This document shows positions 37,560-51,053 of a stretch of 64,000 nt of DNA, piece by piece. Within the stretch, counting starts at the first letter, position 1; every line of letters starts with the position of its first letter. The notes under the pieces were generated by a model. That model did no database searches. It worked only from the letters and a program-made list of their open reading frames with translations, and was not told the origin of the DNA. The DNA is from Leptogorgia sarmentosa (lineage: Eukaryota), in assembly GCA_964658305.1 (NCBI GenBank), contig OZ210885.1:20956001-21020000 (forward strand), given 5' to 3'. The position numbers and the translations under genes are program-made.

Positions 37560-40039
37560 GATTGATAATCCCAAGATGATTGATAACCGAAAGTATGCAA
37601 AAAAAGTGGCATTTGGCAAAAAAAGCCAAGATGATACTGACAAGTATAGTGAGGCAGAGATGCTAGTATCAAGTGTGCAAGAACTTGACATCATCAAAAG
37701 TGTGACCTTCAATAAAGATCAGTACATAAGCATAAATTATCTTCCTAATATGATCAGTGATTTATACAGATTCTGTGTTGTTGGGAACTCCATTCTTCGA
37801 GTTGACACTACTTTTGAACTTGTTGATGGTCTCTGGCTTACTGACACAACCTACACAAATGAAGCTTTGGTTGATCGTAAAGGGAAACATCCAGAATTTC
37901 CAGGACCCAGCTTCTGGCACTTCAAAAAGACCCAAGCTAGCTATCGTAGATTTGCAGCTGAACTTGTTATCGCAAACCCAGCCCTGCTCAATATTAAAAA
38001 GATAGGGCATGACCTCGATAAGGCTCTATCTAATGGTATGGGAGACATATTCACAGGTGCAAAGAAACTGTTCTGCACCCAGCATATGCAGGAACGTGAT
38101 GCCCACCAGTTGCAGTCGATGGGTTGCGATCATAACAACAAAACCACTATTATGGCAGACATATATGGCACCCAAAACGACCTTTTGCTACAAACTGGTC
38201 TAGCAGATGCAGATGGTGAAGATGATTTTGATGTTAAACTAGAAAGCATGGAGAGCATGTGGGAAAGAAAGCATGGAGAGCATGTGTTCCATTCATGGTT
38301 CAAAAAAAATAGAGCAGAAATCTTTAAGAGCAACCTAGTGATGTCTTCAAGGCATGAACTTGGCATTCAAGGGCGGTTCTACACCAACGGCTTGGAACTG
38401 AAACACAAGCTTCAAAAGAAGCATTTGCAAGAAGAAGAGATCCCTAAAGAAGTAAGAGCTGTTTCAGTAGAGCTAGAAAAGTGGTCAGAGGAATTTTTCA
38501 CTGAAGAGTTGAGAGCTCTGTGTGAGCTGGGAAAATATAGGCTTGCCCCAGGATATGACCACTTTCAAGTGGACCCTGTCCGATGGAATCAGTGGAGTGC
38601 TGACCGCCAGATTCAGCATGGCAAGGCATATAAAGAGTTTATACCGAAGTCCTACGACACCTACAAGAAGCCATCTGCAGCAGGGCACAAATCATCACCA
38701 CCAGCAAAAAGAAGAAGAGGAAATCTTCAAGAGCCCCAGCTATTTGCAGACCGTATTCCCACTAATGTACATGCAGATGCCAATGATGATGGTAACTCTT
38801 CTGTTTCTGTTTCACCTCTCTGTTTAGCCAAAACAGACAACTCAACCTGGAAGGTAAGATTGATATTTTATCCATAGAGTTCAAAGATTGTCTGAATAGT
38901 TGTATTTGTGTGTTATTACCGGTATGTTATGATTACTCTGTTATAATCAGCATTTAAAAATAAGGCATCATCATAAAACAAAAAGATCCTGAAAATATTT
39001 GAGTGTGAAGTTGAAAGATACCCAAAAATATCAGGAATATAATTAAGCAAAAAATTAAAGGACATTAAGGAAGTTTTAGACAAATTATAATAATAATAAA
39101 TAAAAATATTTATCCTGGATGGTTCAATAAACTACATGTGACTTGTTTTTTTTTCTCGTGCAGGTGCAGAGAAAAGCTACCAATAATGTGCTTGGAGCCT
39201 CAAACCTTACCATGCTAGATCCAGATAGAATAACTGGAAATCAGTACGACCTTGTGCATCGCCAAGACACCAAGCTCTGTCCAAAGTCAGTAACAAGATG
39301 TGAACAATGCCGCATTGTGTTCAATCAGTCTGATGCTGTGGTAGTGAAATCAGTTGGTTTAAGAGAAAGAACTGACAAAAATGGCAAAACAGTAAAGTAT
39401 ACTGGCAATCTCTACCTACACTTTCTTACAAAGTGTCTACAAGAATACGACCAGAAGTTCTCTTTCAATGCAGTAACAGTTCCAACTAGAACCCTTGGCT
39501 TTCTACCAAGTGGGAGCAAAGACAAGCTTAAGCTGAAGGGACTGCAAGTAGAAGAACAAGAAAATTAAGGTGGAAATATTTGAACATGAACTGTTGACAC
39601 TGTTGATATGCGACTTACTTAATAGTTTTTGAGTTATCATGTTATATACCATATAGTTTACTGTTTTGTTCATATCTAATCTTTAGAAGACGTTGCTTAC
39701 ATGTGAAAGTATAGATTTACATTAAATCCATGAGAAGCTAGCTGTTCATTAGTCCTGTTTTGAAGGGTTGACAGTCGTGAGTCGTATCTCTTTTAGAGGA
39801 AGAAAATTATCATTAACTGATATTAGGTTATCAATTAACAAAGGTCATTCAAAACATTGGCGGGACGAAACTGTGAATGTATATGTATTTACTACTTTCG
39901 ATGTTTTGGAGGGAAAATTTATTGTCATTTTGTTTATCATAGCGATTTTGATGGTGATTTTGTTTATTATGGTTCATTTTAGGTCATTCTGTAGCTCATT
40001 CTAGGTCATTGTAGGTCATTCCTTGTTTTAGTGATTACG
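37560..40039 (+). mobile_element. MULE/Mutator-like transposase (5'-truncated, two exons) with probable right terminus
   Basis: VDTTF, GHDLDKAL, FCTQH, YTNGLE motifs; GT-AG intron about 38854-39163; CxxC..HxxxxC exon ending 39568; (AGGTCATT)n subterminal repeats at 39975-40039. Confidence 0.75.
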
Positions 40040-40049
40040 AGGGTTTCAT

Positions 40050-40345
40050 AGGCAGCTAGTTCAGTTTCTCCCAAGCCGGTTAGTTGTTGCAATTATCTAA
40101 GCCAAGGGGGGAGAGGAAATGACCACTCGCTGGGTGAAATGGTTATAAAGAGGGTTGGGAAACTAAATTGTCTAACTGCATCAATGAGGTAGTGATGCTG
40201 CCATTTCCAAAATTCTGCTGTGGTGATTCCGCCAGAGACAGTCTTGAACAGCCATAAGTCATAATGAAATTGCAGTAACTCGAAATTTGTTCCGTAGTCA
40301 CTTATTTGGCTAAATACAGTGTGTCTGAAGTTATTATGCAAATCA
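40050..40345 (-). mobile_element. Helitron/Helentron Rep-domain fragment
   Basis: FWKWQHHYLIDAVRQFSFPTLFITISPSEW resembles Helitron Rep motif I. Confidence 0.6.
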
Positions 40346-40659
40346 CTTTTATTCAGTTTAGTCCAGTTTTTGCATATAAATTTCTTTTAAACTGCTGCAT
40401 GGATGAATTGATGGCATGTCAAAACAAAAAGATTTGATTTTACCATGCTTCATGGATTAACAATTTATCCTAAGGAAGTCGAAATATGGTGTCTGAATTT
40501 ATTATGTAGACTCATGATAGGAGTTCATACTCACAACAATTGGGGCAAAACCACCCAATACAGTAATATAGTATACACAACAAAAATATTTTATTCAAAT
40601 ACAATTGACAAAAACAGATTATGTATGCATAATCAATACTAACACACCAGTATCATTAC

Positions 40660-41035
40660 ATGTTTACATTCCGACATGCCCTCCCTTCCTCTCGATCACT
40701 AATATCACGCGTTTGTCCACAGAATTTGTGAGACTCTCTATTTCGTTGGAGTTTATGTTTTTACATGCTGTGTGAATAGCATCCCAAAGGTCCTTTTTAT
40801 TGTCTTACTGCTTACCACCAACATAAATCTTCTTCTTCACTATTGACCAGAGATTCTCGATCGGGTTAAGGTCAGGGCTGGCAGGAGGCCACATCATCAA
40901 TTTTCTACCAGAAATTCCTTTTCGCTCCAAAAATTGGCGAGTGGCATTAGCAGCATGTGATGGAGCATTATCATGTATAAATACACACTTTAACTTGAAA
41001 GAACGACTTTGTGACTTATACCACTTAAAGAATGT
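40660..41035 (-). mobile_element. Tc1 (DD34E) transposase C-terminal fragment
   Basis: Manual translation: FIHDNAPSHAA..MMWPPASPDLNPIENLWSIVKKKIY..DLWDAI; in-frame stop. Confidence 0.88.
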
Positions 41036-42239
41036 TTTGTCTAAAAATTGACAATAAGTTTGACTGGTCAGCTTTACTCCATCATCAACTTTATACGGCC
41101 CATCACTATTTACAACATCTCATGAACAGTGAAACAAATACCGAGAAAAACGAAGCTTTGCACAGCACTATAATCAACTTAAGAAATGACGAAGCAGTGC
41201 CGTCCGCAGTTCAAACCACTCATGGCTGTGCATGTGGCAGTGTGCTAGAGGTCATTGAAGATATGAGATTGAACATGGAAATGTTGCAATCAAGGGTTGA
41301 CGCTCTGCAAAGCTTAGCAAACGCCAGCGAGGTACATCCCGCAGATTTATACCTGAAGAAAATTGATCAGCTTGAGCGAGAGATCTTGGAAGAAAAAAGG
41401 AAAACAAGCCAACTTGAAATTGAATTGGCCTCCTTTAAAAAGCTGTTTTCTGAGCAACGCTATAAACAAAACAATGCTGACAATGTCGTTACTAAAGGAA
41501 ATTTCACGGTTGAAGAAACGCCCAAAGAACGTGAAAAAGGAGAAAACGATTTACTGGACCACTCTTGTATTATCACCCACAGTATAAAAGAGGGCAAACA
41601 ATAATAATGCAAATCTTTTTGCAGTACAATTACAAGAGTATAAAGAAAAGCAGAGCGGCTATTTCATACGGTTCCATAAACAGACGCCAAACAACAACAC
41701 ATCAGGGAGAGTAGAAATAGATCTCACGGCTAAAGATACCCCCAAACGGCTGAATAAACAGATACGAACAGATATTAATACGCACAAAGCACGAAAGCCC
41801 AATGTTAACCATCTTGGAAAACCATACTAAAGAAACACGAATAAAAATAGTCAAACCATTACTGAAGCATTACTGGACCGGAGCAGATTGTGGGGGAGCC
41901 ATCTGCGCATGGTTTCGAAGTCAATTTTGGACGAAAATGCCTGTCGAATATACCAAAATTAAAGTTAGACATTGCTGGATGCAATGAAACTCCATTGGGG
42001 GTACTACCGCGTATGGTTTTTGAGTTATAAGTAATCAATATTGCAATAAAATAGGTAACCTTGACTTGACTTCTGTTGATCCGATCTGCAAAAGATACGC
42101 CCTAAAATTGCAGAGAAATTAATGAATTTATTGTGTATGTGTTACGACTGATAGATCCCCTTTAAAGTATACAAATAACACTAAGCTTTTCGCCCATAAA
42201 CTAGAGCCGCTTGGCAAATATTAGAGCGTATTTAAGTGG

Positions 42240-42990
42240 ATAAGTGAAGAAACAACAGTGTTTGCAGCTTAGAAAAAGCCTAAATTGGAATATCAACTTT
42301 AATATTTCCTAGTTGGACGTATAAACAGCGAACAAATTCGTGCAATAACCCTGAACCTTCGCGCGATAAGATTTGGAACCTTCGTCAATATTACAAGAAA
42401 AACAATGTGATGTGATGTATAAACTCAATTGAATACAGCTAGGAGCAAATATCAAATATATTTGCTTACTTTGAAGTACTGTGAAGATGTCCAAATCTTG
42501 CGATTATTAACTAAACACAATTCACATGTTTATACAGTGGTGAACAATTTCGGACAAGAAGGCCGAAGGAACAAAATGGCGTCCGAAACACTTCGGCTGC
42601 CTCGCGAATATTAGATGCTACTCGTTTAGAAGTCTTTGAAGAAACAACAGTGTTTGAAGTGTACCAAAAAAGCTATATCAATTTTAATAAAAATGGGAAG
42701 AAACGCCTGTAATAACAGTGAACTTTAGCGTGATAAAATTCGACGCGTTCGGCAATATTATTGAGAATTGCTTCGATAAATAACACAGGAATTCAATGTG
42801 TTTGTGATGTATAAACTCAATTGAATAGACCTAGGAGCCGATATGAAGTATACCTGCTTACTTCTAAGTACTCCCAACCGTTTAGAATCACCAAAATATG
42901 CGATTGTACAGAGAGCACTATTTCACGACCTTACACAGCTGTAAACAATTTCGAACAAGAAACCGAAGAAACAAAATGGCGTCCTAAATT
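42240..42990. repeat. Diverged tandem duplication, period about 392-400 bp
   Basis: TGAAGAAACAACAGTGTTTG near 42245 and 42637; TGTGATGTATAAACTCAATTGAATA near 42411 and 42803; AACAAAATGGCGTCC near 42570 and 42970. Confidence 0.8.
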
Positions 42991-44098
42991 TTCACATAGT
43001 AAAAAATATGAAATTTTAGGTCACAAAAATCTACTGCATTTCAGGACATTTCCACACTGTAAAATAAAGACTTAATAACATAGTGAATGTTGAAACAAGG
43101 ATAAGCTAAATACCAAATATTATTGTCGAATAATGTAGAAAATACTTCACAATCCTCTGAATAGATCACTCAGAAACAGTATATTGTCCAACAAAATATT
43201 TTAATACGTTTTGAAGGTCGGCTGTAGATTTTTTATCTTGCTCTTCAAAAGATTGAACATGACAAATGCCTTTTTGTAAATTTTTAATCTTAATGTTAAC
43301 TGAGTTTTAGTCAAAATCCCTTGTATGCCAAGCCATATACATGACAATATTGTCCAAAAAAATCTTTTTAAGAGCTTTTCAAGGCTAGTTGCATTTTTTT
43401 AATCTTTCTAATGCATCCTTCATACATTGTTTATTGTATTTTGCTGGTTGAGGACCAACATTGCCAAGCCAAAACTATGTGAGATATACATACAACGCCA
43501 ATCAAATGTATATTGTCTTTGGGTATTACTTCACATGCGAATGCGGGAAGAATGGAGCACGAGAAATCTCATCAAAATCCAAGATGGCGTCCATACTATA
43601 TAAGAAAGACTTCAAAATCTATGTAAATTTTTGAACAATAGCTTATACATGGCGTGTTCATATTTGGCACACAAACAGAACATATCGCGTTCAACCTTCG
43701 CTGAAAATTTCCTTACCACTGTGAAGTTATCACAACATTCATCACAACATTCGTCACAACATTCATCGCACATTCGTAAGCAGATTAAATCTGCTGATAA
43801 AGACCACATGTTGCGCGCTTACTATTTACCATCATTTAAAAGTTTTAACAGTTAAAGTGTACTATTTCTTGAGCAGATTTAACAAATTCTTCATGTTCTA
43901 ACCTGCCTTAAATTCCCAAAATAGTTTCGAGAAGGTTTAGGTAATAATGACTACGAAACCTTTCGGATTCAAAGTCTCTTCTTGTTTGATATATACAATT
44001 AGTAGTTTACACCTTATATGCTACAGGCCCGACATTTAGTAATTGTCTAATACTGAAAATTAGTAAGTGTCCAAATTCATACTTTCAATCACTGTATA

Positions 44099-44905
44099 CA
44101 GGGTGTATAAAAAAAAACGCAATCCAAGTTTAAGGCTTTATAACCAAAATAATATAGATTTCCATGTCTTAACTTTTAGTTCATGTTTTAGCCCTATCTT
44201 TTTTCTACTCAAAAGGTGGTCGATTGTGCCTTTTTATGCCATTTAGGACTTCAAAATAAGTGATTTACTGCAAGCAGTCATTTTTAGATGCTTCGAATTC
44301 GACGTTCTTAATTCCGAAGAGGACGTTATCGTTGGATGCGAATATTTTGTTTGAAATATTTTCGCTAAATAATTTTAAAGTCTTAGGCATCATGCCACAG
44401 CTCACTACAGCAGAAATAACTTTTATTGTTGAAGGTTACTTTGTAACAAAAAGTATTCAGGAAGTTTTAAGATTGTTTCGAATAGCTTTCCCGGATCGAC
44501 AAGTCCCAAATTCGACGACCGTTTGGCGTAACGTACTTAAATACCGGCAGATAAAGCTTGAAGCAGATGCTTTACATGGAAATCATGAACTGATAAGAAG
44601 AGTTGCACGGGAAATGCAACGTCGAAGTGATTTGTGTGTGGTGAGAAAGCCAGGCCACGTTGAATGATTGTAACCAACTAAAGTTAAATTTTTAATAAAT
44701 TCAATCTCAAATTTTAAATTGTCCAATCACACTTACTAAAAATATCATTACTCGCTCATTTCCAACTCAAATTTAACAAACAAGCAGTCTTAAGAAAGCG
44801 GAATTATAGAGCTTTCTAACGGTGGTAAATATAGCCTATTTTCTAATACTTTTCGTTATGAAAATTGCATTTGAACGTAGGATTGCGTTTTTTTTATACA
44901 CCCTG
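44099..44905 (+). mobile_element. Internally deleted Tc1/mariner (Tc3/DD41D-like) element
   Basis: TIRs CAGGGTGTATAAAAAAAAACGCAATCC / GGATTGCGTTTTTTTTATACACCCTG; TA on both sides. ORF fuses a DUF4817-like N-terminus (FIVEGYF..FRIAFPDR..P) to the C-terminus (RRSDLCV..GHVE*). Confidence 0.9.
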
Positions 44906-46544
44906 TATATACATATATATAAGAGAATGTGCACACAGATGAGCAAAAGCTATATCATGTAAAGAACCTTAATAATTAGAATTGTCAAAAGGAGGGGATG
45001 GCTGGCCTGTGGCACACTACATATAACATCTAATAATAGATCTCCATATATTATAATTACATTCAAACAGAAACTAATTCTTTATACTGAAGAACTTTAA
45101 TAAGTTACAAAAGTCCTTGTTTCAACCTGAGAAACAAATTAATGAAACTCATTTATCTTTGAATTTTTCGAATACTAGACATACAATTTTCACATCAAAC
45201 TATACTTAAAAACATTTCATTGACAATCCCAACAATGTATTGCTTGCCTTTAATATTTTTATACACGGCCGTGTTTTTGCCATTTTAAAGTAAAGGTTTG
45301 ATATGAGAATTAGTCAAGTCCTTTTTTTTCATTACCTCTTCTATAGAAATTTTTTATTTTCACATATGTTATTCAGAAAACACTGATATATCATACGATG
45401 TATAGCTTGGCCTGGGGACCGAATCATATCAATGCGTTTTTTTACTTTGAACATTGATGTAATATGATGCGTTTCTGAGGAATGTGCATGTTAAATTTCA
45501 AGTCATTTTCTCGCTTCATTCTAGCCATAGTTTTTGTATCTGCGAACGCAGATACTATGCTATGACCCTGTTAGCTTCTAGCCAATCAGCGACGAGCTTT
45601 TGCTTATAATTACGTAATGCAAGATGGCGGCGTTCGAGGAGTGAAGGCGATGTTCGATTTTTGCGAAAATGTGAAGTGCAGTGTTTAAGTACGACGGTTT
45701 AAGCAAACAATCTTGACTTTGCAGGTCGGTGTCAATGTGCAGTTGTAATTTAACAAAGGATTTGAAACGGCAGCGTGCTGTTTTGTCGGCGTTTCGATTT
45801 GTAATTTGAAAATGTGTATAGAGCACACTGTCCAGATGGCCGACCCATGAACGGTTTTGTCACAGCACGCTATATAAAAACTGGATACATTCTGTTGAAG
45901 TAGCCTGTTCGTAGGTTAAATCTAATCATATTCAAGATGGCGGTCAAAATTGAAATAAGGCCAAAACGATATAATTAAATAATTTAATGACATTTACATG
46001 TAATATTAGGTAATCCCACGATATTCAGTGTAAAGCCATAGTTTTATACATATTGGAGGCACAAAGAAATTTTTTTCCCAAGGAAATTCCTCGTATTTTT
46101 CACGAAAGAGTCGAAAGAGGAAGGTGAGAAATGCTGTATATGAGAACAGTCAACACTAACTAAACATCGCATATTTAATAAGACAGCATGCTGATTTAGG
46201 AAATCTGTTTGAGTATAGTTCTAGGTTTAAATGTTTTGTGCGTTAGGCTTTGGGGTTGGATTAGTTTCATATTTAGGGTTAGCTTTAGTTTAGGTTCATT
46301 TATTACAAACCAATACTTTAGAGGTAGATTTATGCGCAACCTGGACTTTTTAGCATGTCCAATTGCACTTTCCGACGACTCATCCGTCAGTTCTGCTTCA
46401 CCATTCGCAGATACATGTGCGCTTTGCCAACCTATTTTTTCATCTTGCAATGTATTTTACGTATTTCAATGATAATTCCAACAATGTATTGCTTGCCTTT
46501 AATATTTTTATACACTGCCATGTTTTTGCCATTTTAAAGTATTA

Positions 46545-49500
46545 GGGACCGGTCATTATTTATACCTAGGGTTGGGGCCGAAGAGAAATTATTTTAACCA
46601 TAAAAAATCAGGCTACCCAACCAAACTGAAACCGGAAATTTTTAATACCCCACAATTTGTTACATAAAAATATTTTTACTCAACCCTGTTAAAAATTACC
46701 ACTTTAATATACAGTCATGTACTTTAGATGTTTCACAGTTCTCTAGTCAATCGTGCAGTATAGCTCTATCTCAATTCAGATAATGTCCAATTTCCAGCAT
46801 ATCTCCCTGAACGAGTTCGAACAATGAGAGGAACTGGGTCACTAACTTCTTCCTGTTCATTGCCAGATGCAACATCTGATTCACTTTCTGAGCCAATTTC
46901 CTCTAAAACAATGTCCTGGTCACTGTCTGCTTCGCTGTCCGCTCCACTGCTTTCTTGGTCTCTTTCTTGCTTCTCCAAAACCTTCTTAATGGGTCCAGTT
47001 TGACTCCTACGTAGAACATCTGCAGCAATTGCTTTCAGTTTATCATTCTTATTTCCCTTCTTGTTCAGCTTGTTCTCATCGAGATATTTATCTAATTCAT
47101 ATACCTTCAAAGTGGAAAGCTTTCCTTGTAATACCAAGTCCAACCAGTTGTACTCTTTGCACTCTTTTTCTTTTCTATGCCTCTTTTCGTCCTCCCTGGC
47201 CTTCGCACGAATATTTTTGCTGACTCGAGATTGGTTAAGTGTTCAAGGCATGCTACTACATATTCCCTTTGAACATGAAATTTTTCAGAGAACTGTGTGA
47301 TCTCATCTTGTTTCTCTAAGGAAAGCTCACCACCATCAAACTGCTTTCTGATGTTTGCACAAGGTTGCCAATCATCTACAGGTCTTGGAACGCCAGCATC
47401 AGTACATAATGGTGTAACTGCAACAGGCATGTAATGAAATGGGTTTGCTGAATCTGGGACTGGTTGAGGTATTCTGGTGGCTGGGAAACCAGTCCATGTG
47501 CAACAGAAGTCACATTTTTGTTGATTCCCATCATTTTCACATGCACATTTGATGTATTCCATAAACAACTCTCCAACAATGTAGTGGGTATAAAAAAATT
47601 GCAGAATCTTCTCCACGTATGCTGACCCCGGTATAGCCATTTTTGTTGAAGGTTTTGCTGATGAGTTGAACTCTTTGACATATTTCTGATTGAAGTAAAA
47701 CATGTTACTGCTATCCTCAGAAAGGTAACTCTTAATTCTCCCACTAAGAACTGGGGCTCCATCAATTCTTTCAACTAAAAGTTCTGACACATGCCAAGCA
47801 TTTTTTTCCATTCTTTCTTTCTCTAACTCCTCATATTCTTTAATTCCTAGAGCATCTATTGCATCCTTGGACATTCCTTCAAACTTTTTGTATTTTTCCC
47901 ACTCTATTGTTGAACCATCCACTATGGAATCACCTATGGCCGAGTTGGTCCTTTCTGCTTCATTTTTACCACTATCCCCTCGTGATCTGTGAACTCGAAT
48001 TCTATAATCCGAGTTGAACATTCTGCATATTTCGGCATCACGAAATCTAACATCAAAATTTGAATCCCCACTCTTGGGCCTGCATCTGTTAAATCACACC
48101 AACGAGGCTTAACATTAGGTAATTCGAGATCCTTGATAATCAGTAGAATATCTCGACAGTGGGTTGCGATATCTCTTATAACTTCATGAAGTTCATCACC
48201 AGATGATTGCTTATTGAAGTACTTTTCAATTTTTGCATTAATATTGGTAACTTTTTGGTGCACTGATTGCAAAAAGACTTGCTTTTCTCCTTGGCTTTTT
48301 AATGTGTCGCCAATAGATAAGGCAGATACAAGTTGCTTTTCCAGATGCCGTAAGCGATTATTTTCATATTTTGTATAGATGCATTCCTCAAGACCAGTAG
48401 CTTTTAAAAGATCATTCTCTTCAGTCATGTCTTGAAAAAGAAAACATGCATCATGAATTACAGCACATGACTGTCTGAAGACAGTAGTATAATTGGAACT
48501 ACCTCCTTCCACTTCGAAAAGATCTGGGTTGCGTTGTCGAAGTCTCACAGTTTCGCTGGCCCAGGTTGAGCCACTTGATTCAACTTTGGCTTTTGGTCGA
48601 ACAAACACGAAGAACAAACACGAAGTTGTAATCAACTTCTCTTCCCCAACATCAGACATAGTTGACATTTTGGTGAATATCCTATGAGCACCTGGCGTCT
48701 GGTAAACTAGTTTTTCTGGCCAATCGTACTTTGGAAGGGCCCTGGCCTTGTCAACATCAGTCAGTGTCAAGATGCGTTGATTTCTTGTGTTGGAGAAACC
48801 TTCAGAAGTTCCAGGCCGTAGATAAGCCTTGTCATCAATACTTCTCATAAAACAAAGCCCAGATGTTTTTTCCCCCTCTTTTCCAAAAAATGAAAATTTT
48901 ACTTTTTTTACATGACCCCTTTGATAATGTGTGTTCTCGTTATCCATGTCCTCGGCCTTTGGCGGTTTTTTGCAGCAAAATAAACCTTTTCCTCTATGTC
49001 TCTTTGCTTGAATTGATCGCAAACACTGTGGTTTACTTCGATTATACACTGTAGTTGCACTCTTAATAGTTCTTTTATTTTTCATCATCAATTTATAGTT
49101 GGCAATGTTGAGCAGGTCTCTTTTTTTTACTCTTCTGTTGGTATACATAACAAGGTCATGTCGACGTCCATGGTAAGTTCCCTTGTCCTCTATACTCTTA
49201 GCCACAAACTCCTCATCATCACTGTCCAATAACGATGGTCTTCCTTGGTTTGTTTTGGCACGTCGTTTAATCTGAGATTCTTCGAACACTTTTGTTGCTT
49301 CACGCCTTTGTCTACTTTTGGTGTCATTCTCTTCTTTTGGGTTAAGCAAGCGGTCAATATTTTCCAATCTTTCTTTCTTCTGTTCTATATTCTCCTCCAT
49401 TTCCGTAATTATGGTGCTATCCCATTTTCCTTTCTTTATGTTCAACTTGTGGGAATCACTTTCAATTGCTTCCACCAATTTTCGTTTCTTCTCATTTAAA

Positions 49501-49937
49501 GTTGCTGAAACTGAGTTTTCAGCCATTTTTGTTGCCTCTTTCCATGATTCAGCAACATCAAAGACCTAAATATAAAAAACAACAGGGAAAACATGAGGGA
49601 ATTTTATATATAAACACAGAGACCCCATTCTTGATGCAGCAACGCGTATGTAAACTTATCTCTGTCCGTGTTGACAAATGGAGGGCATTTGTTCTGAAAG
49701 GCAAAGAAGATTTCTATGGCATCATCAAAAGGCCATTGATCATCTGTTTCTTTTTCTGACTCGGTATCGACGCTCGAGTTTCCAATAGCTGTTTTTCTAA
49801 CACTTGTTGGTTATCCTTCACAAGGCATGGTTGTAATGATCTAGAGAGATGTGTACTAAATCATGCTCGTCTCACTAAATCTGCTCTTGCATCATTGTTG
49901 GACCTCAGCTTTGACTCGGATTTTCTCGGTCTTCCAA
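46545..49937 (-). mobile_element. Large Zator-like DDE transposase gene, frameshifted, with one terminus
   Basis: SIDDKAYLRPG..LTDAGP..GDSGKNEAERTNS motifs parallel those at 26-27 kb. ORFs 47934-49526, 47107-48021 and 46766-47143 join by frameshifts; SAP-like helical end. TTA|GGGACCGGTCATTATTTAT at 46545 fits the Zator TWA TSD and GG terminus. Confidence 0.6.
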
Positions 49938-50103
49938 CACTGACCGGTTTATCCATGTTTTAGAGTACTATTGGAATTTTATACCACGAAATTTACATAA
50001 AATGAAATTTGCATGCGGCCCGTTTTAGTCCTACCGACAGTTTACCGACAGTGGACCGAGCGCGAACCGACAACAAACCGAGAATACAGGCGTCGAAATC
50101 AAC

Positions 50104-50389
50104 ATGGCAGCCAAAGCAAGTGAATTCGAAAGCTTTTTGAAATCATTAAATTTCGCTGAAGAGTATCTCCAACGATTTGTACAGGCTGGTTTTGACGATT
50201 TAGACCTTATTAAATCATTGGAACCGGAGGAACTGCAGCATATGTTCGATCTTGTGGGATTATCAGCGAAACCTGGGCATGTGCTAAAGTTCAAGAAGGC
50301 AGTTGTTTCGTCAAATAACTTGAAGTCATCGATGCAACAAGGTGGAACTGTTCCTCAAGGTTCAATAACACAAAGAATGGTTCAAAAAA
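50104..50389 (+). CDS. First exon encoding a SAM-like domain
   Basis: FESFLKSLNFAEEYLQRFVQAGFDDLDLIKSL..LVGLSAKPGHVLKFKKAV; good start context AACATGG; donor GTAAGT at 50390. Confidence 0.65.
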
Positions 50390-50789
50390 GTAAGTTTTGT
50401 GACGATTAAAAAGCGGGTTGCTCATTGATGAATGTTGATGACAATTGACAAACTGATTGGGACGAGATGGCTCTTCAAAGTTCTACCTAGAATTAGCTGA
50501 ATTGACTTCCTGCTGTTGTATTTTATAAAGCAATTTCACTTGTTGGTGGGAAATTTGTGTTGGGTAAAAATGCTGAAATCAAAGAGAAAGAGCCTTGGCA
50601 AAAGTATATTATTCCAAATGTACAGTCAAAGAGACTGATTTACCACAACGAAATAACAAAGCAAATTTATCTGTCAGCCTATATGAGGCGCCATGTGTAA
50701 ATTCATTATTTACACTAAAAATTTCGTTATTTGTTTGGTTTTTTCAAATCATTAAAGCACTGTCATTAAATAAAAAAATGGTTTTCTGT

Positions 50790-51053
50790 AATAACCAACT
50801 TAATGATATTTGGTTATTTCAAATAACCAACTTAGTTAGATTTGGTTATATCAAATGACCAAATTAGTTATATTTGGTTATATCAAATAACCAACTTAGT
50901 TAGATTTGGTTATTTCAAATAACCAACTTAGTTAAATTTGGTTATTTCAAATAACCAACTTAGTTAGATTTGGTTATTTCAAATAACCAACTTAGTTAAA
51001 TTTGGTTATTTCAAATAACCAACTTAATGATATTTGGTTATTTCAAATAACCA
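50790..51053. repeat. 32-bp tandem array of palindromic units, about 8 copies
   Basis: Unit AAATAACCAACTTAGTTAGATTTGGTTATTTC; each copy has AATAACCAA...TTGGTTATT symmetry. Confidence 0.95.

Larger units (their letters stand above)
34543..37560. mobile_element. PIF/Harbinger element with convergent transposase and Myb/SANT-like genes; right TIR lost
   Basis: TAA|GGGCCTGTTTATATGGAG left end; TCATCCC subterminal motif recurs near 37545; two convergent genes. Confidence 0.9.

Noticed and set aside
41032..41604. Host coiled-coil gene or LINE ORF1 (190 aa)
   Set aside because: No diagnostic motif; it starts at the Tc1 fragment junction; identity cannot be supported without a search.
43612..43809. 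Metallothionein-like ORF (CDECCDECCDEC)
   Set aside because: Produced by a 12-bp tandem repeat (TCACAACATTCR); no other coding support.
50790..51053. CRISPR array (32-bp palindromic repeats)
   Set aside because: Units are contiguous with no unique spacers, there are no cas genes, and the context is eukaryotic.
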